Assembly (NCBI GenBank): GCA_008369845.1
Contig: MRSU01005533.1
Coordinates: 1-64,000, forward strand
Source of the DNA: Trichomonas gallinae
Taxonomy: Eukaryota
Reading direction: 5' to 3'
DNA length: 64,000 nt
The position numbers and the translations under genes are program-made. The notes under the pieces are model-generated. The model had not been told where the DNA came from, ran no database searches, and saw nothing but the letters and a program-made list of their open reading frames with translations. Below are positions 11,101 to 21,422 of this stretch, in pieces. Position 1 is the first letter of the stretch. Each line of letters begins with the position of its first letter.

Positions 11101-12782
11101 CAGTAGTTTATCCAAGGACTTCTCCATTGAGTATACTAGAAGTCGCTCAAACCGTGAATTACGCAAACATTTTGTCACACTTGTTACGAGTGATTGAACA
11201 ACCAGAAATATTTGATAATATATTGTCAATCATGAGACAAATCTTTTCCATTACAGTTGATTTCGATGGCTATGAGAGGATCATCACTTATATATTAGAT
11301 CATCCGCATTTAATATGTTTTGATACATTCAAGAAATTGTTGAATACCTGCGAAACATTGCCTGAAGAATTGCATGAAAATTTCATATCAGCTATCATAG
11401 GAAATCTTTTTATTTGGGCCAAATCAAGTGCAGCTGAATTCGAACGCATTGTTTTGTATTACGCGCAGATCATGAATGTCACGAAGAAATTGAGTTTAAC
11501 AAGATATTTAGGATTCTTCTGCGATTTATTTGGACACGAAGGACCATGTAAAAATGAAGCAGAAACAAGGAAATATTTTGTCACATTCTTGAACAGACTC
11601 AGTGCTGTAGCAAATCAGAATGATGCACAATATCTTCTGGAGTTGGTTGTCAAATACAAAAACAATCATGACATGTTAATTGTTTTCCAAAATATTTTGT
11701 CATTGATTGATGATTCCAAAATGAGTTCACTTTCACAAAAAGAAGAATTCTGCAAGAAATTTTTGACTGCAATTAATTCTAATCCAGATGAATCTGCATA
11801 TTACTTCTTGATTATCTTGAAATTGACGCAATATAACAATATTAAGTTTATTTTAGCAGCTGTTGGAAAACTTGAAAAAATGAAAGTTTCGCTTGATGTT
11901 TTTAATTTAGTTTTCGAGAAAACTCGTTTCAAAAACGAACTACTTATGCCACTCTGCTTTTTATCATTAGGAGTTAATGAAACAGCAGAGCAGTTTGCAG
12001 TAACCAATCTTGCAGATTTAGCTATGAATGATGTCAACTCATTCTTCATATTGGATTTCGAGCTTTGGTATATGTCTCCAATTATAATTGGATTCAAGAT
12101 TGGCCCAGAAGTCTACACAAGCATAATAAGCGTCTTTGTATCTATGCTTTCGATGAGTGATGATAGATGCAACTTGGTCAAAGATATTTACATATTCATT
12201 ATTTTAGTTTCTCTCGCTTATCCAGATAATCATGATTTCATAAGAGAATTTATTGATCAAATCATTCAAGATCAAGTTGCCGACAAAGAGACGATGACAT
12301 TCATTTTGTTTTCATATCTATTCTTGAGACTCAACGGTAGCGCAATTTCTCCGATGTTGAATGAAGAATTCGAAAAGAGCTGTTTTTACAAGGGTGAAAA
12401 AGTTTCTCCCAAAGTTGTGAAATTCCCAGCAATTCAGTCTTTCTCTGATATTAGTAATTACCTCAACATGGATTTCAAGAATTTAGTTGTAATGTTCAAT
12501 TTGTCTATGAATGGCAATGAATGGATAGATTTAAAGAGAGCTGAAGAACTCGAAAAGATTTTGTCGAATTCATCAAGTGAAGAAGCAAACGCAATGAAGT
12601 TTTTCGTTCATTACTTCATTGATAGGAAAACGAGACACAACGAAGAAGTCAATAAGAACTTTGCAAAAATTGATGCTTTCATTGTTCAGCAAGCCAATGT
12701 TTTCAGATATGCAATTTATGACTACACATATAGAGTCAGTAGTACATTGAATGATATTATGAAGAGTCTAGCCGAAATTTAA
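8118..12782 (+). CDS. Large helical-repeat protein related to the N-terminal part of BEACH-family proteins; no PH-BEACH-WD40 visible
   Basis: 1554-aa ORF; collinear similarity to 32108..38782 (SPLLIAEFIVRL / HPFLFAETLGRI; central beta-rich ConA-like block; LFIWAKSSAAEFERIVLYY / YQIWENCDASTYQKIVSYW). Confidence 0.7.
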   Translation: MPPKKHPIQSLLESASAAMSMEWEFQDIVKRTAISRIPILDKNQKFELGEDIKNKMKSIDIFRKIGFKFVVDNHTFDPLPRMLIDSKYSVSLQLILLFYQCVVWSFDTTHVKTNEELLLILFTYQQLYENIGIAENQLEYTLRLALKSCLNTQNYKFTDTVIINIIEIFDKSKFLTVKMTKIFNKIIILANALSENTRSELITFLVHASTEKRPYFVNANLSLVYEIISQYVSMLDSKGLMVFGYMSQYAPHEIMVALIGTIPYCLFTMIPKSNRTIDVETTNFPMIDIQNLPLEFFDMDIEGEAIFDYQFPTQFSFTGTQLAEYSERIANALIPVSNKYRELFFKVCEEIINKENKTQVIIFACLIIMIIEKLTIVSSVSNSYQVITESFFMSSQQNIFEKIDNDVSFGRQKLFKIITRNSPELIFDVFARFPSSPLLIAEFIVRLFQCNISKLNLKFFANEGFVNCFITSIYQLSDYKQARSTIFYFLNYLVQINEVANICLSSQTFVKHFYRFLFNRSCGTKLIPNIITIMCNCNDIMKLAPALNFFKIVIEVCAQNCMKDKKYVDLAYSIIQLMIAVGNHHEISSDILRPFFLKLLQINLDVKRNDLVFEFLYVITKVDPDFSVSSESFSIILQIISETCGQEPSDFIYEMIGKITNRCNFDTNLYLPIITKIGAPLAIGAFGLSKRLKNILNAFVRMVDLQSSTIFQLHELGVDVLLIQYFTMDTEITYVSNKDYQMPILLDEECEAIAIHLISRIVSQASSQNILSQFTQMLQHSHAKSASLLIDESFGRCASVGGTVFPLGFVPTQFCIENFPANVFHKSFSIKISLCIDTIVLFRQEGLVELFKIVDCQNSFIHVFFSRNQIFVVYDDKDTTTTSCLMRSVESGKWCDLIFSFKIGTEPVIKVTTFSSLNLSGNSCDTKFSPFVGETVKIYVGGHEGDKPYQQLGQFCKFKIYTGTFNSIEDDNEKNLVYDGSNLPLSSTEQHYQNTVVYPRTSPLSILEVAQTVNYANILSHLLRVIEQPEIFDNILSIMRQIFSITVDFDGYERIITYILDHPHLICFDTFKKLLNTCETLPEELHENFISAIIGNLFIWAKSSAAEFERIVLYYAQIMNVTKKLSLTRYLGFFCDLFGHEGPCKNEAETRKYFVTFLNRLSAVANQNDAQYLLELVVKYKNNHDMLIVFQNILSLIDDSKMSSLSQKEEFCKKFLTAINSNPDESAYYFLIILKLTQYNNIKFILAAVGKLEKMKVSLDVFNLVFEKTRFKNELLMPLCFLSLGVNETAEQFAVTNLADLAMNDVNSFFILDFELWYMSPIIIGFKIGPEVYTSIISVFVSMLSMSDDRCNLVKDIYIFIILVSLAYPDNHDFIREFIDQIIQDQVADKETMTFILFSYLFLRLNGSAISPMLNEEFEKSCFYKGEKVSPKVVKFPAIQSFSDISNYLNMDFKNLVVMFNLSMNGNEWIDLKRAEELEKILSNSSSEEANAMKFFVHYFIDRKTRHNEEVNKNFAKIDAFIVQQANVFRYAIYDYTYRVSSTLNDIMKSLAEI

Positions 12783-12954
12783 TTTTTGAATTTTGTTGTT
12801 TTTATAATAAATTAGTGTATTATTTTTTTAAATCAATTTCATTGTGCCGTTTTTGCAACCTGTTCTGGAAATGCGGTATCATCTTAATCTTTCGCAATGT
12901 CACTGTATAAGTGGCTCAATCTACTTTTTATTTTTCATTGTCACAAAATTATTA

Positions 12955-13535
12955 ATGAAGGTGACAAGATGAGCTCAAATTGAAAAACATCAGTGAGTTG
13001 ATAATACCGAAACAGCTTCAGGCTATTGAGCGTATCATATATTGCTTTGCAAATAATCAATGCAATTCGTTATTAAAATCCGAAAAATTTGAATTAATCA
13101 ATCATTCCGCAAATAATTTCACTACTATTACATATGTCTTGAATATTTTTTTCGAATATTTTTCCTAAAAATTGTTCATCATTAAATTAATGAATCAATT
13201 AAATTTAGCTACATCTGTTATGATTTCAATTTTAGCGAGCTTCGTATTAAAGAATATGATGAAATTTTTCCGGTTCACAGTATTGAATATTTAGTTGCTT
13301 GGGATAAGCTTGATGACTTTATAATTGAACTCGAAAAAGAATCAAATGACATCAATCAGAAAGTTGGGAAGATGTCATTAATTGATATTGCAAATATGGC
13401 TCTGAGAAGTGTTTTTCATACTTAAAGCTGCGATTACAGACAAAGCATCCATCTATGCAGTCGAAGGAGGTTGTAAGAAAATTGTATTAGATTTATTGAA
13501 CAATTATCGCTTTGAGATTATTGATGATCATTTTG
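12955..13535 (+). pseudogene. Decayed DUF3447/ankyrin-family gene fragment
   Basis: Across frameshifts it reads FPVHSIEYLVAWDKLDDF...SLIDIA / YGSEKCFSYLK / AITDKASIYAVEGGCKKIVLDLL, typical of trichomonad DUF3447 proteins. Confidence 0.6.
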
Positions 13536-13542
13536 TATTTGT

Positions 13543-13821
13543 TCTGCATTCGATCTGGTGCGAATTAATTTCTTTTACTGCGGACTTCTAAATTCTACAA
13601 ACCCAACCACAGCTGCATCTATAAGGAGCTATAATGCTAAAGTTATTGTGAGATCTTCCTATCGATACTCTACATTTTGCAATTTAAACGTTGTTATAGG
13701 TCTTGATTCATCATGCAAATGCTTCAATGGTTACAAAGATAATAATTATGATATGACTGATCAAGTGGTATATGGCCCTGGCCGTTTACTTGAAGCTTTT
13801 CTTATAATGGCTACAAGTTAA
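13543..13821 (+). pseudogene. Orphan 3' end of a BspA paralog of 14328..20588
   Basis: SAFDLVRINFFYCG...YSTFCNLNVVIGLDSSC...LLEAFLIMATS aligns with SAFDQSRISFFFCG...YSNFCNLRVITGIDSSC...WLEAFIIATTC; no ATG start. Confidence 0.85.
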
Positions 13822-14327
13822 AAATAAATTTTATAAAATTTATGTTTTTGCTTAAAAGTATGCTTAATTGTATTATAAATTCGCTATATTTACTGTTAAG
13901 ATGGAGAATTACATTTAAGATTGCTTTTTGAGAATTTGATTTTTTTTTTTGGCTTTTTAATATTTTGATTGAGTCTACAGGTTTATAGGTTCTGTGTGTT
14001 TGATGCTATTTTAGATATGAAATATTTCGTAAAAGACTTTTTGTAAATTTTGGCTCGAGAATAAAAATTTTATGCATTTTATAATAAGGTTAAATTTGAA
14101 TGATTTACAATAACTGATAACGTATTTTTTTGTAAACACATTTTAGTTCATTCTTCACTGATATGAATATTATTGCAATACTTTTGTTAAATTTCTGATA
14201 ACTATTCAAAATTACGAAATTTTGGCATAAATGATTTTATCAAGCTTGATGCAACAAAGCCAATTCAACTAATGAATCACTAAGTATCTTCGTTCATTAT
14301 TAATACTTATTTGGTTGATTCCGTAAA

Positions 14328-17300
14328 ATGCCTATTATTGATAATGGAAATGGAGAATATCATTTTTCAAGCTATTTAAGTACCTATGAAGGTAATACTA
14401 GTTTTATTAGAATCATTTTACTGAATGGTATTACAACAATACCTGCCAAATGTTTCAAGAATTGTATAAATATTATCGAAGCATCAATACCAGAAACCGT
14501 TACAACAATATCGAACGAAGCATTCCTAAATTGCATAAAACTTCCTTCATTCGCCTTTAATGGAACATCATTAAGATTTAACAAAAATGCGTTCCAATAC
14601 TGCTCAGGCATAAAGTTCATCAATATAACATTAAAAGAAGCATTATCAATTGATTCTTATTCGTTCAATGGTTGCGAAGAGTTGACTTCTATTAATCTTA
14701 TAGCTCGAAACATAAATATAGGTACAAGTGTATTTATATCAGATCAAAAACTAATGCAAATTAACATTGAATCTGATACTTTGAGTTGTGGTGAAAACTG
14801 TTTCCAAAATTGTACTTCTTTGCCTTTTCTTGATTTTAACTGCAGAACTATATATTTTGGAACCAAATGTTTCTGCGATTGCACTTCAATTTCATATATT
14901 TCATTGACCTCATATTCATTGAACCTAAACACAGAATCATTTCTAAATAATAGCGCACTATCATCAATATTTCTTAATTCTAGTGAAATATCTATTGGTC
15001 GCTCGACTTTTCAAAACTGCGTTTTATTGCCCTCAACACCAATTAACGCATTTAGACTCAATATCCATTCTAGTGCATTTTCAGGAGATAAGTTATTCAC
15101 TGAATTAAATATTTCGGCAATATCTATTACATTTTATTATGATCCGAATTGGTTATCGGGCATTTCATCTTGCCCAATCGAGTACTTGAATATAGACTCA
15201 CGGAATAATTACTTATCTGGTAGTATATATATCAATAAAAATGCATTTAGCGGTGTTAAATCATTAAAATCAATTTCAATCAAATCAAACAATATTTATT
15301 TGCAGCCATACTCTTTATGTAACGCAAGCAATTTAATGCATGCGACTTTCAATAGTGAGTCTCTGATATTATATGAATCAGCATTCGAATCATGCACATC
15401 TTTATCGGATTTATTTTTCCAAACGCAAACCCTTGATATTAGAGAGAACTGTTTCCAAAATTGTTCCTCGCTTGCCCAAATTAACTTTAGCTGTTCATCT
15501 ATTTCACTTGGAAAAGGATGCTGCAAAAGCTGTGCATCACTTACAAATGTATTCTTGAATTCATCGAAAATCAATATATTTTCCGAATCTTTCATGAACA
15601 ATACAAAACTCTCAAATGTAGATTTCAGCACAGATACTTTATTTATTGATCATTTTGCATTTAGGAATTGTCCCTCATTGCAGCCCGTTTCTATTAATAC
15701 TAATAAAATCAATATCACATCTGATGCTTTCTCTGACTCAATTCTTTGTACAGAACTTGTTATTTCAGCCAAATCAATAACTGTTTATTTTAATGAAAGT
15801 TGGGTAATAGAATCTGCTAGATTTCCATTTAAGAAATTGATTTTAAACAGTTCATACAATGTTTTCATATCTGCATTTGCGTTCCAAAGTGCCGAGTTAC
15901 TTGAAGAATTATCAATATCTTCAAATTCAATCTCAATCGGAAAAAGCTCATATTACAATGCAAACAACTTAAAAACAGTTTCATTGAAAGGATATGAATT
16001 AAAAATATATGAAAATTCGTTTAGAAACTGTATTTCTCTCCAAGATCTTATATTATCTTCAGACAATTTAATTAATGCTTATGAATATTGCTTCGAAAAT
16101 TGTTCATCATTGCTAAGCATTCTTATTGTTAGCAAATCATTAACACTAAATAAAGGATGCTTTCGATACTGCTCATCATTATCAAATCTGTTTATCAATT
16201 CATCAAAAATAGATATTTCTCAAGAATCGTTCATGAACAATACCGCTCTAACTTTGATTTCATTAACATGCAATTCATTAAAAATATATAGCTATGCATT
16301 CAAAAATTGCCATTCGTTGCTCCCGGTTCAACTCAATGCAACAGATGCCTCAATTTCTTGTAGTGCCTTCTCTGGAGCAAGTTTATTCAGCGATTTTAAT
16401 ATTTCTGCTCGATCAATTGTTATTCTAGATGGAAATCAATATCAAGATGTGCAAAATTGCCCATTTCAGCGCATATATTTTGATTCATCAAATGATTACA
16501 AATACTCCTCTATCATCATTTATGGAAATGCATTCCAAAATAATCCATTCTTAAAACAATTGTATTTAAAATCATCTATAATTAGATTATACTCGAGAGC
16601 ATTTTATAATACAAGTAATTTAATATATGTTTCATTAAATAGTGACAAAATAGGATCATCTTTTGATGCGACGCAAGTTGATTTAGATGAAAATTGTTTT
16701 TATAATTGTATATCTTTGCCATATATCAATATTACCGCTCAGTCTTTGAAACTTGGTCCGAGTTGTTTTAAAAATTGTTCATCGATTTCATATCTCTACT
16801 TAAAATCTCCGAAAATCAGTCTCTCAACAGAATCATTCATGAACAACATTGCTTTATCATCTTTGTATCTTGATGGTGATGATATTGAAATTGGCAGTTA
16901 TGCTTTCAAAAATTGTTTCTTATTACAACCAACATGGTTTAACACTACTAAGATTAGCATTTATAGCAGCGCATTTTCAGGTTCGATGTTTTTCCAAGAT
17001 TTGAATATTTCATCCACATCGATCACGTTTTTACATAATAATACATGGACTAATGATATTCCAACATGTCCAATCAAGCATATATATTTGGACACAACTA
17101 ATAACTTTGAGATCTCAAATGTAACTATTAAAAATTATGCTTTCCTAGATGTGACATCATTGGAATCTTTATCTATATCATCGAAGAGTATAACAATTGA
17201 TTCTGATTCATTCAAAAATTGTACAAAACTAAAAATGATAAATTTATCTTCTATTGAATCATCACTATCCTCTTCCGCATTTGATTCATGCATGTCACTG

Positions 17301-20300
17301 CAAGAGTTAAAACTAACATCTCCAAAATATATTAGTATTGGTAAGAGTTGTTTCAATAACTGTTCATCATTAACAAATTTACATTTTGAAAGTCAATATA
17401 TGTACTTGAATCCAAAATCTTTTGCATTTTGTACTTCTATTTCAAGCATATTACTTGTTTCTCCAGCAATATATATTACAGAAGACTCATTTTTGAATAA
17501 CGTAGCACTTATCTCAATATCTTTTATTGGAAAAAAGCTCTATATTGGCAATAATGCTTTCAAAAATTGTATTTTGTTGCCATCTACACAGATAAATGCA
17601 ACTGATCTTACTGTTTATACCGCTGCATTTTCATGTGATAAATTCTTTACAGAATTGAATCTCTCCGCGAAATTAATTACAATCGCATGCAATATATACA
17701 CTCAACTTGAAATTTCATTATGTCCATTTGAGCGCGTTAATTTAAATTCATCAGAAGATTTTCTAGGTTCATCAGTCAAAATTTCTTCAAATGCTTTCAA
17801 AGATTGCAGTTCAATATCATCTTTAAGAATTACATCTCAAGATATAAAATTAGAATTACAATCGTTTTATAACACGACGAAATTGATTTCGGCTAATTTT
17901 ACAGGAAATACAATTGTTATGGGTAGTAACTCGTTTATGGTCTGCACTTCACTAAAAGAACTTATTATTTTATGTAATGTTTCAATTTCACTAAATGATC
18001 AAGCTTTCCAAAATTGCACATCACTTAATCAATTATCAATAGAAACGAATTCATTAAATCTTTATTCTGAGTGTTTCCAATTCTGTACTTCACTGCCATT
18101 CTTAAACATCAGCAGTAAATCCATTTCGTTTAGTCAAAGATGCTTCGGTTATTGTAACTCAATTTCATATGTTCAGCTTAATTCTGAATCTATTGCAATT
18201 TATACTGAGGTATTTTTGAATAACTTTGCCCTTAGATTGATTTTATTTACTGCTGATTGGATTACAATTGGTCAAACTGCTTTTAAAAACTGCGTGCAAC
18301 TTCCATCTATACCATTAAATGCATCATCGTTCAGAATAAATTCAGATGCTTTTTCAGGTGCTACTCAATTCACAAAACTAAGCATTTTTGCTAAATCTAT
18401 CATAATATACTCAAGCTTAAATTTGGATTGTCCGATTGAGCATTTGAACTTGGATTGTTCCAATGATTTCAAGTATTCATCAGTTAGTGTATCATCTTCT
18501 GCATTCAAAGATGTTATTTCATTAAAATCAATTCATATAATGAGTTATTCGATAGTTTTATCTGAGCATTCATTCAGAAACTGCTCTTCTCTTAAAGATC
18601 TTCAGATAATTTCTGATATTGGCACTATATCATTATTAGCATCTTCATTCGAATCATGCATTTCATTGCTAAGCATTATAACTTATTCGAGATCATTAAA
18701 CATTGGAGAAAATTGTTTCCAAAACTGCTCATCATTGCCTCAGATTCAAATCACGACTCAAGTTTTAATTCTGAAACAAGCTTGCTTCAGATATTGCACA
18801 TCAATTACAAACTTATCTCTTAATTCATCAAGAATAGAAATAGGAAATGAATCATTTATGAATGACTTTGCTTTAACTTCAATATCATTCATAAGTAATA
18901 ATTTAACAATAAGGAGTTTTGCCTTCAAAAATTGCATTTCATTGTTACCAACGCATATCAATGTTACTAGTATAGATTTTGCATTAAGTGCATTTGCAGG
19001 ATCATCATGTTTAACAGAACTGAATATCACTTCAACAATAGGAATAATTTCACATGATAACCAATGGATGAAAGATGTTATTTTATGTCCAATCAAGTAT
19101 ATAAATATATGGGTTTTGAATTTCTCGGTTTCTTCATTTGTATTTAAAGATGTTCAATCTATTGAATCAGTGATGGTATCATCAAATATTATAGAATTTG
19201 AAAAACATTCATTCTTTAATGCAAGCAATCTAATGTCATTGAATTTAAAGTGTAGCTTATTGACTGCCTCAGAATATTGTTTCAGATACTGTATCTCTTT
19301 ACAATCCATCACAATTTCATCAAATAGAGAAATTATTTTAATGACTTATGCTTTTGAATCATGTATTTCTCTATTGACTTTGTCATATGATGTTAATTTA
19401 ATCAATATCCATACCTATTGTTTCCAAAACTGCATATCATTACAAACACTCAATATAACATGCCAAAAACTGATTCTAAATTATAGATGTTTTGGATTCT
19501 GCTCATCTATATCTGAAATTTTGTTAAAAGCACCAAATGTTAATATTCCAACTGAAGGATTCACTAATAATACAAATCTCGTTAATTTAAAAATTGAAAC
19601 TTCTTCTCTAATAATTGGTCACTTTGCTTTCAGGAGTTGTTCAAAACTTTCTAATTTAGATCTTAATTATCCTTCTTTGCAAGTTTGTTCAAGCTCATTT
19701 GCAGGTTGTTATTTGTTAACAGATTTATTCATCAAATCAGACTCTGTAATCATTACATACGATAGTAGTTGGAAATCAATGACTCCATCATTTCCATTCA
19801 CAACAATAACTTTATTAGCATCATCGGTTGTGACAATCTCAAGCAAAGCTTTCCAATCTGTTTCAAAGCTTACTTCTCTCAAAATTAAGACAGACAAATT
19901 AAACATTGGCACAGATTCTTTCAGAGACTGTTTGAGTCTTATTACTGTTGACTTAATATTTAAGACAGGAACTCTTGGACCTTATTCTTTCTATGCTTCA
20001 TCGAACATCAAATCATTTTCTATTGAATCATCCTCAGTATCAATTAATTCTTATTCATTTGGTTTTGTTAGTTCATTGCATGACTTGAATTTAAACTCTG
20101 CGGCATCAATATCGAATAATGCATTCATTAACAATATCGACTTAACCAATATTTCTTTCTTCAATCGTTCATCGATCAGCAACGGAGCATTCACTGGTTG
20201 CACTTCTCTTAAAACATTATATTTAGAGTATGATATTATTATACAAGCATCTGCTTTCTCTACTTGTCCAATTGAAACAATTTTGTTCAGAGAAGGACTT

Positions 20301-20588
20301 GTTTTATATAACTCGGCATTCGATCAATCGCGAATTTCTTTCTTTTTCTGTGGGACTCAAAACAACACAAATTCATATACAAATAAAGCTATTAGAACAT
20401 ATACAACAAGTGTTATTGTTACATCAGTTTATACCTATTCTAATTTTTGTAATTTGAGAGTTATAACTGGAATTGACTCTTCATGCATAATGTATAATGT
20501 TCGAAGAAAACATATAAAACAAATAACAGATTCAGTAGTATATTCAAGCTATTGGCTTGAAGCGTTTATAATTGCAACAACATGTTAA
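14328..20588 (+). CDS. Giant BspA-like LRR protein (2086 aa)
   Basis: Continuous xFxNCxxLxxIxI repeats of about 21-22 aa arranged in higher-order units; FFFCG cap and short hydrophobic C-terminus. Confidence 0.9.
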   Translation: MPIIDNGNGEYHFSSYLSTYEGNTSFIRIILLNGITTIPAKCFKNCINIIEASIPETVTTISNEAFLNCIKLPSFAFNGTSLRFNKNAFQYCSGIKFINITLKEALSIDSYSFNGCEELTSINLIARNINIGTSVFISDQKLMQINIESDTLSCGENCFQNCTSLPFLDFNCRTIYFGTKCFCDCTSISYISLTSYSLNLNTESFLNNSALSSIFLNSSEISIGRSTFQNCVLLPSTPINAFRLNIHSSAFSGDKLFTELNISAISITFYYDPNWLSGISSCPIEYLNIDSRNNYLSGSIYINKNAFSGVKSLKSISIKSNNIYLQPYSLCNASNLMHATFNSESLILYESAFESCTSLSDLFFQTQTLDIRENCFQNCSSLAQINFSCSSISLGKGCCKSCASLTNVFLNSSKINIFSESFMNNTKLSNVDFSTDTLFIDHFAFRNCPSLQPVSINTNKINITSDAFSDSILCTELVISAKSITVYFNESWVIESARFPFKKLILNSSYNVFISAFAFQSAELLEELSISSNSISIGKSSYYNANNLKTVSLKGYELKIYENSFRNCISLQDLILSSDNLINAYEYCFENCSSLLSILIVSKSLTLNKGCFRYCSSLSNLFINSSKIDISQESFMNNTALTLISLTCNSLKIYSYAFKNCHSLLPVQLNATDASISCSAFSGASLFSDFNISARSIVILDGNQYQDVQNCPFQRIYFDSSNDYKYSSIIIYGNAFQNNPFLKQLYLKSSIIRLYSRAFYNTSNLIYVSLNSDKIGSSFDATQVDLDENCFYNCISLPYINITAQSLKLGPSCFKNCSSISYLYLKSPKISLSTESFMNNIALSSLYLDGDDIEIGSYAFKNCFLLQPTWFNTTKISIYSSAFSGSMFFQDLNISSTSITFLHNNTWTNDIPTCPIKHIYLDTTNNFEISNVTIKNYAFLDVTSLESLSISSKSITIDSDSFKNCTKLKMINLSSIESSLSSSAFDSCMSLQELKLTSPKYISIGKSCFNNCSSLTNLHFESQYMYLNPKSFAFCTSISSILLVSPAIYITEDSFLNNVALISISFIGKKLYIGNNAFKNCILLPSTQINATDLTVYTAAFSCDKFFTELNLSAKLITIACNIYTQLEISLCPFERVNLNSSEDFLGSSVKISSNAFKDCSSISSLRITSQDIKLELQSFYNTTKLISANFTGNTIVMGSNSFMVCTSLKELIILCNVSISLNDQAFQNCTSLNQLSIETNSLNLYSECFQFCTSLPFLNISSKSISFSQRCFGYCNSISYVQLNSESIAIYTEVFLNNFALRLILFTADWITIGQTAFKNCVQLPSIPLNASSFRINSDAFSGATQFTKLSIFAKSIIIYSSLNLDCPIEHLNLDCSNDFKYSSVSVSSSAFKDVISLKSIHIMSYSIVLSEHSFRNCSSLKDLQIISDIGTISLLASSFESCISLLSIITYSRSLNIGENCFQNCSSLPQIQITTQVLILKQACFRYCTSITNLSLNSSRIEIGNESFMNDFALTSISFISNNLTIRSFAFKNCISLLPTHINVTSIDFALSAFAGSSCLTELNITSTIGIISHDNQWMKDVILCPIKYINIWVLNFSVSSFVFKDVQSIESVMVSSNIIEFEKHSFFNASNLMSLNLKCSLLTASEYCFRYCISLQSITISSNREIILMTYAFESCISLLTLSYDVNLINIHTYCFQNCISLQTLNITCQKLILNYRCFGFCSSISEILLKAPNVNIPTEGFTNNTNLVNLKIETSSLIIGHFAFRSCSKLSNLDLNYPSLQVCSSSFAGCYLLTDLFIKSDSVIITYDSSWKSMTPSFPFTTITLLASSVVTISSKAFQSVSKLTSLKIKTDKLNIGTDSFRDCLSLITVDLIFKTGTLGPYSFYASSNIKSFSIESSSVSINSYSFGFVSSLHDLNLNSAASISNNAFINNIDLTNISFFNRSSISNGAFTGCTSLKTLYLEYDIIIQASAFSTCPIETILFREGLVLYNSAFDQSRISFFFCGTQNNTNSYTNKAIRTYTTSVIVTSVYTYSNFCNLRVITGIDSSCIMYNVRRKHIKQITDSVVYSSYWLEAFIIATTC

Positions 20589-21422
20589 TTAATAAACATT
20601 TAGTTTTTAAAGCATAATATAGTATTTATAGTCATATAATATGTCATAATATAATGAATAGAATTAGGTTAAAATAGAGATGATAATTCATTTAAATATT
20701 GCAGTAAAATTGGTTCGATGTTAATTAATTAAACAAATATTCTTAGTATTATTGCTCGATTATTGATGACATAAATAATATTTTTCGTGTTAAAATTTGA
20801 TTCCAATGAATTTTAGGTAATATTCAAATAATGGAATTTTAACTAGTAAAAATATTATATATCATGTTATTGGAAGTTACTGAAGCGGATACAAAATTGA
20901 ACTTCAATTTTTTTCAATCAAATTATGGAAACAAAAAGTCGTTATTTTCGTATTATCCAAGGATAATTGTATTAGTAACATCATGCTGAAGCCAAATCTC
21001 TAAAATAAAGCTATTGTTATCACAGTGTTGTTTATCCCCAATTAGATTTTTTCAACAATATTATTTCTAGACTATGCACTACATCGCAAAAAAAATCAAT
21101 TTTTAATTTCAACATTTTCCAATTGAAAGGTCTATCGATAAACAAATCAAAAAATCGACCACTGTTTTCAAAACAAAAAATAAACTATTTTTGTTTAAAT
21201 CACATCAACATATGTTTATTTATAATACAAATAATTTTGAAAATTTCTTTTTGAGGACTAATTGAAAATATTGAGCCCGAAATAATCGTTATTGGTTCAA
21301 AAATTTGAGTTGAAAATGATTTTAAGGGAAAAATAATCGTTATCTGTTCAGAAATAATTGAACTAAAAATAATCGTCGAAATTTTTCTTTTATCATCGTT
21401 TTTTATTATTTATTATTTTTTC

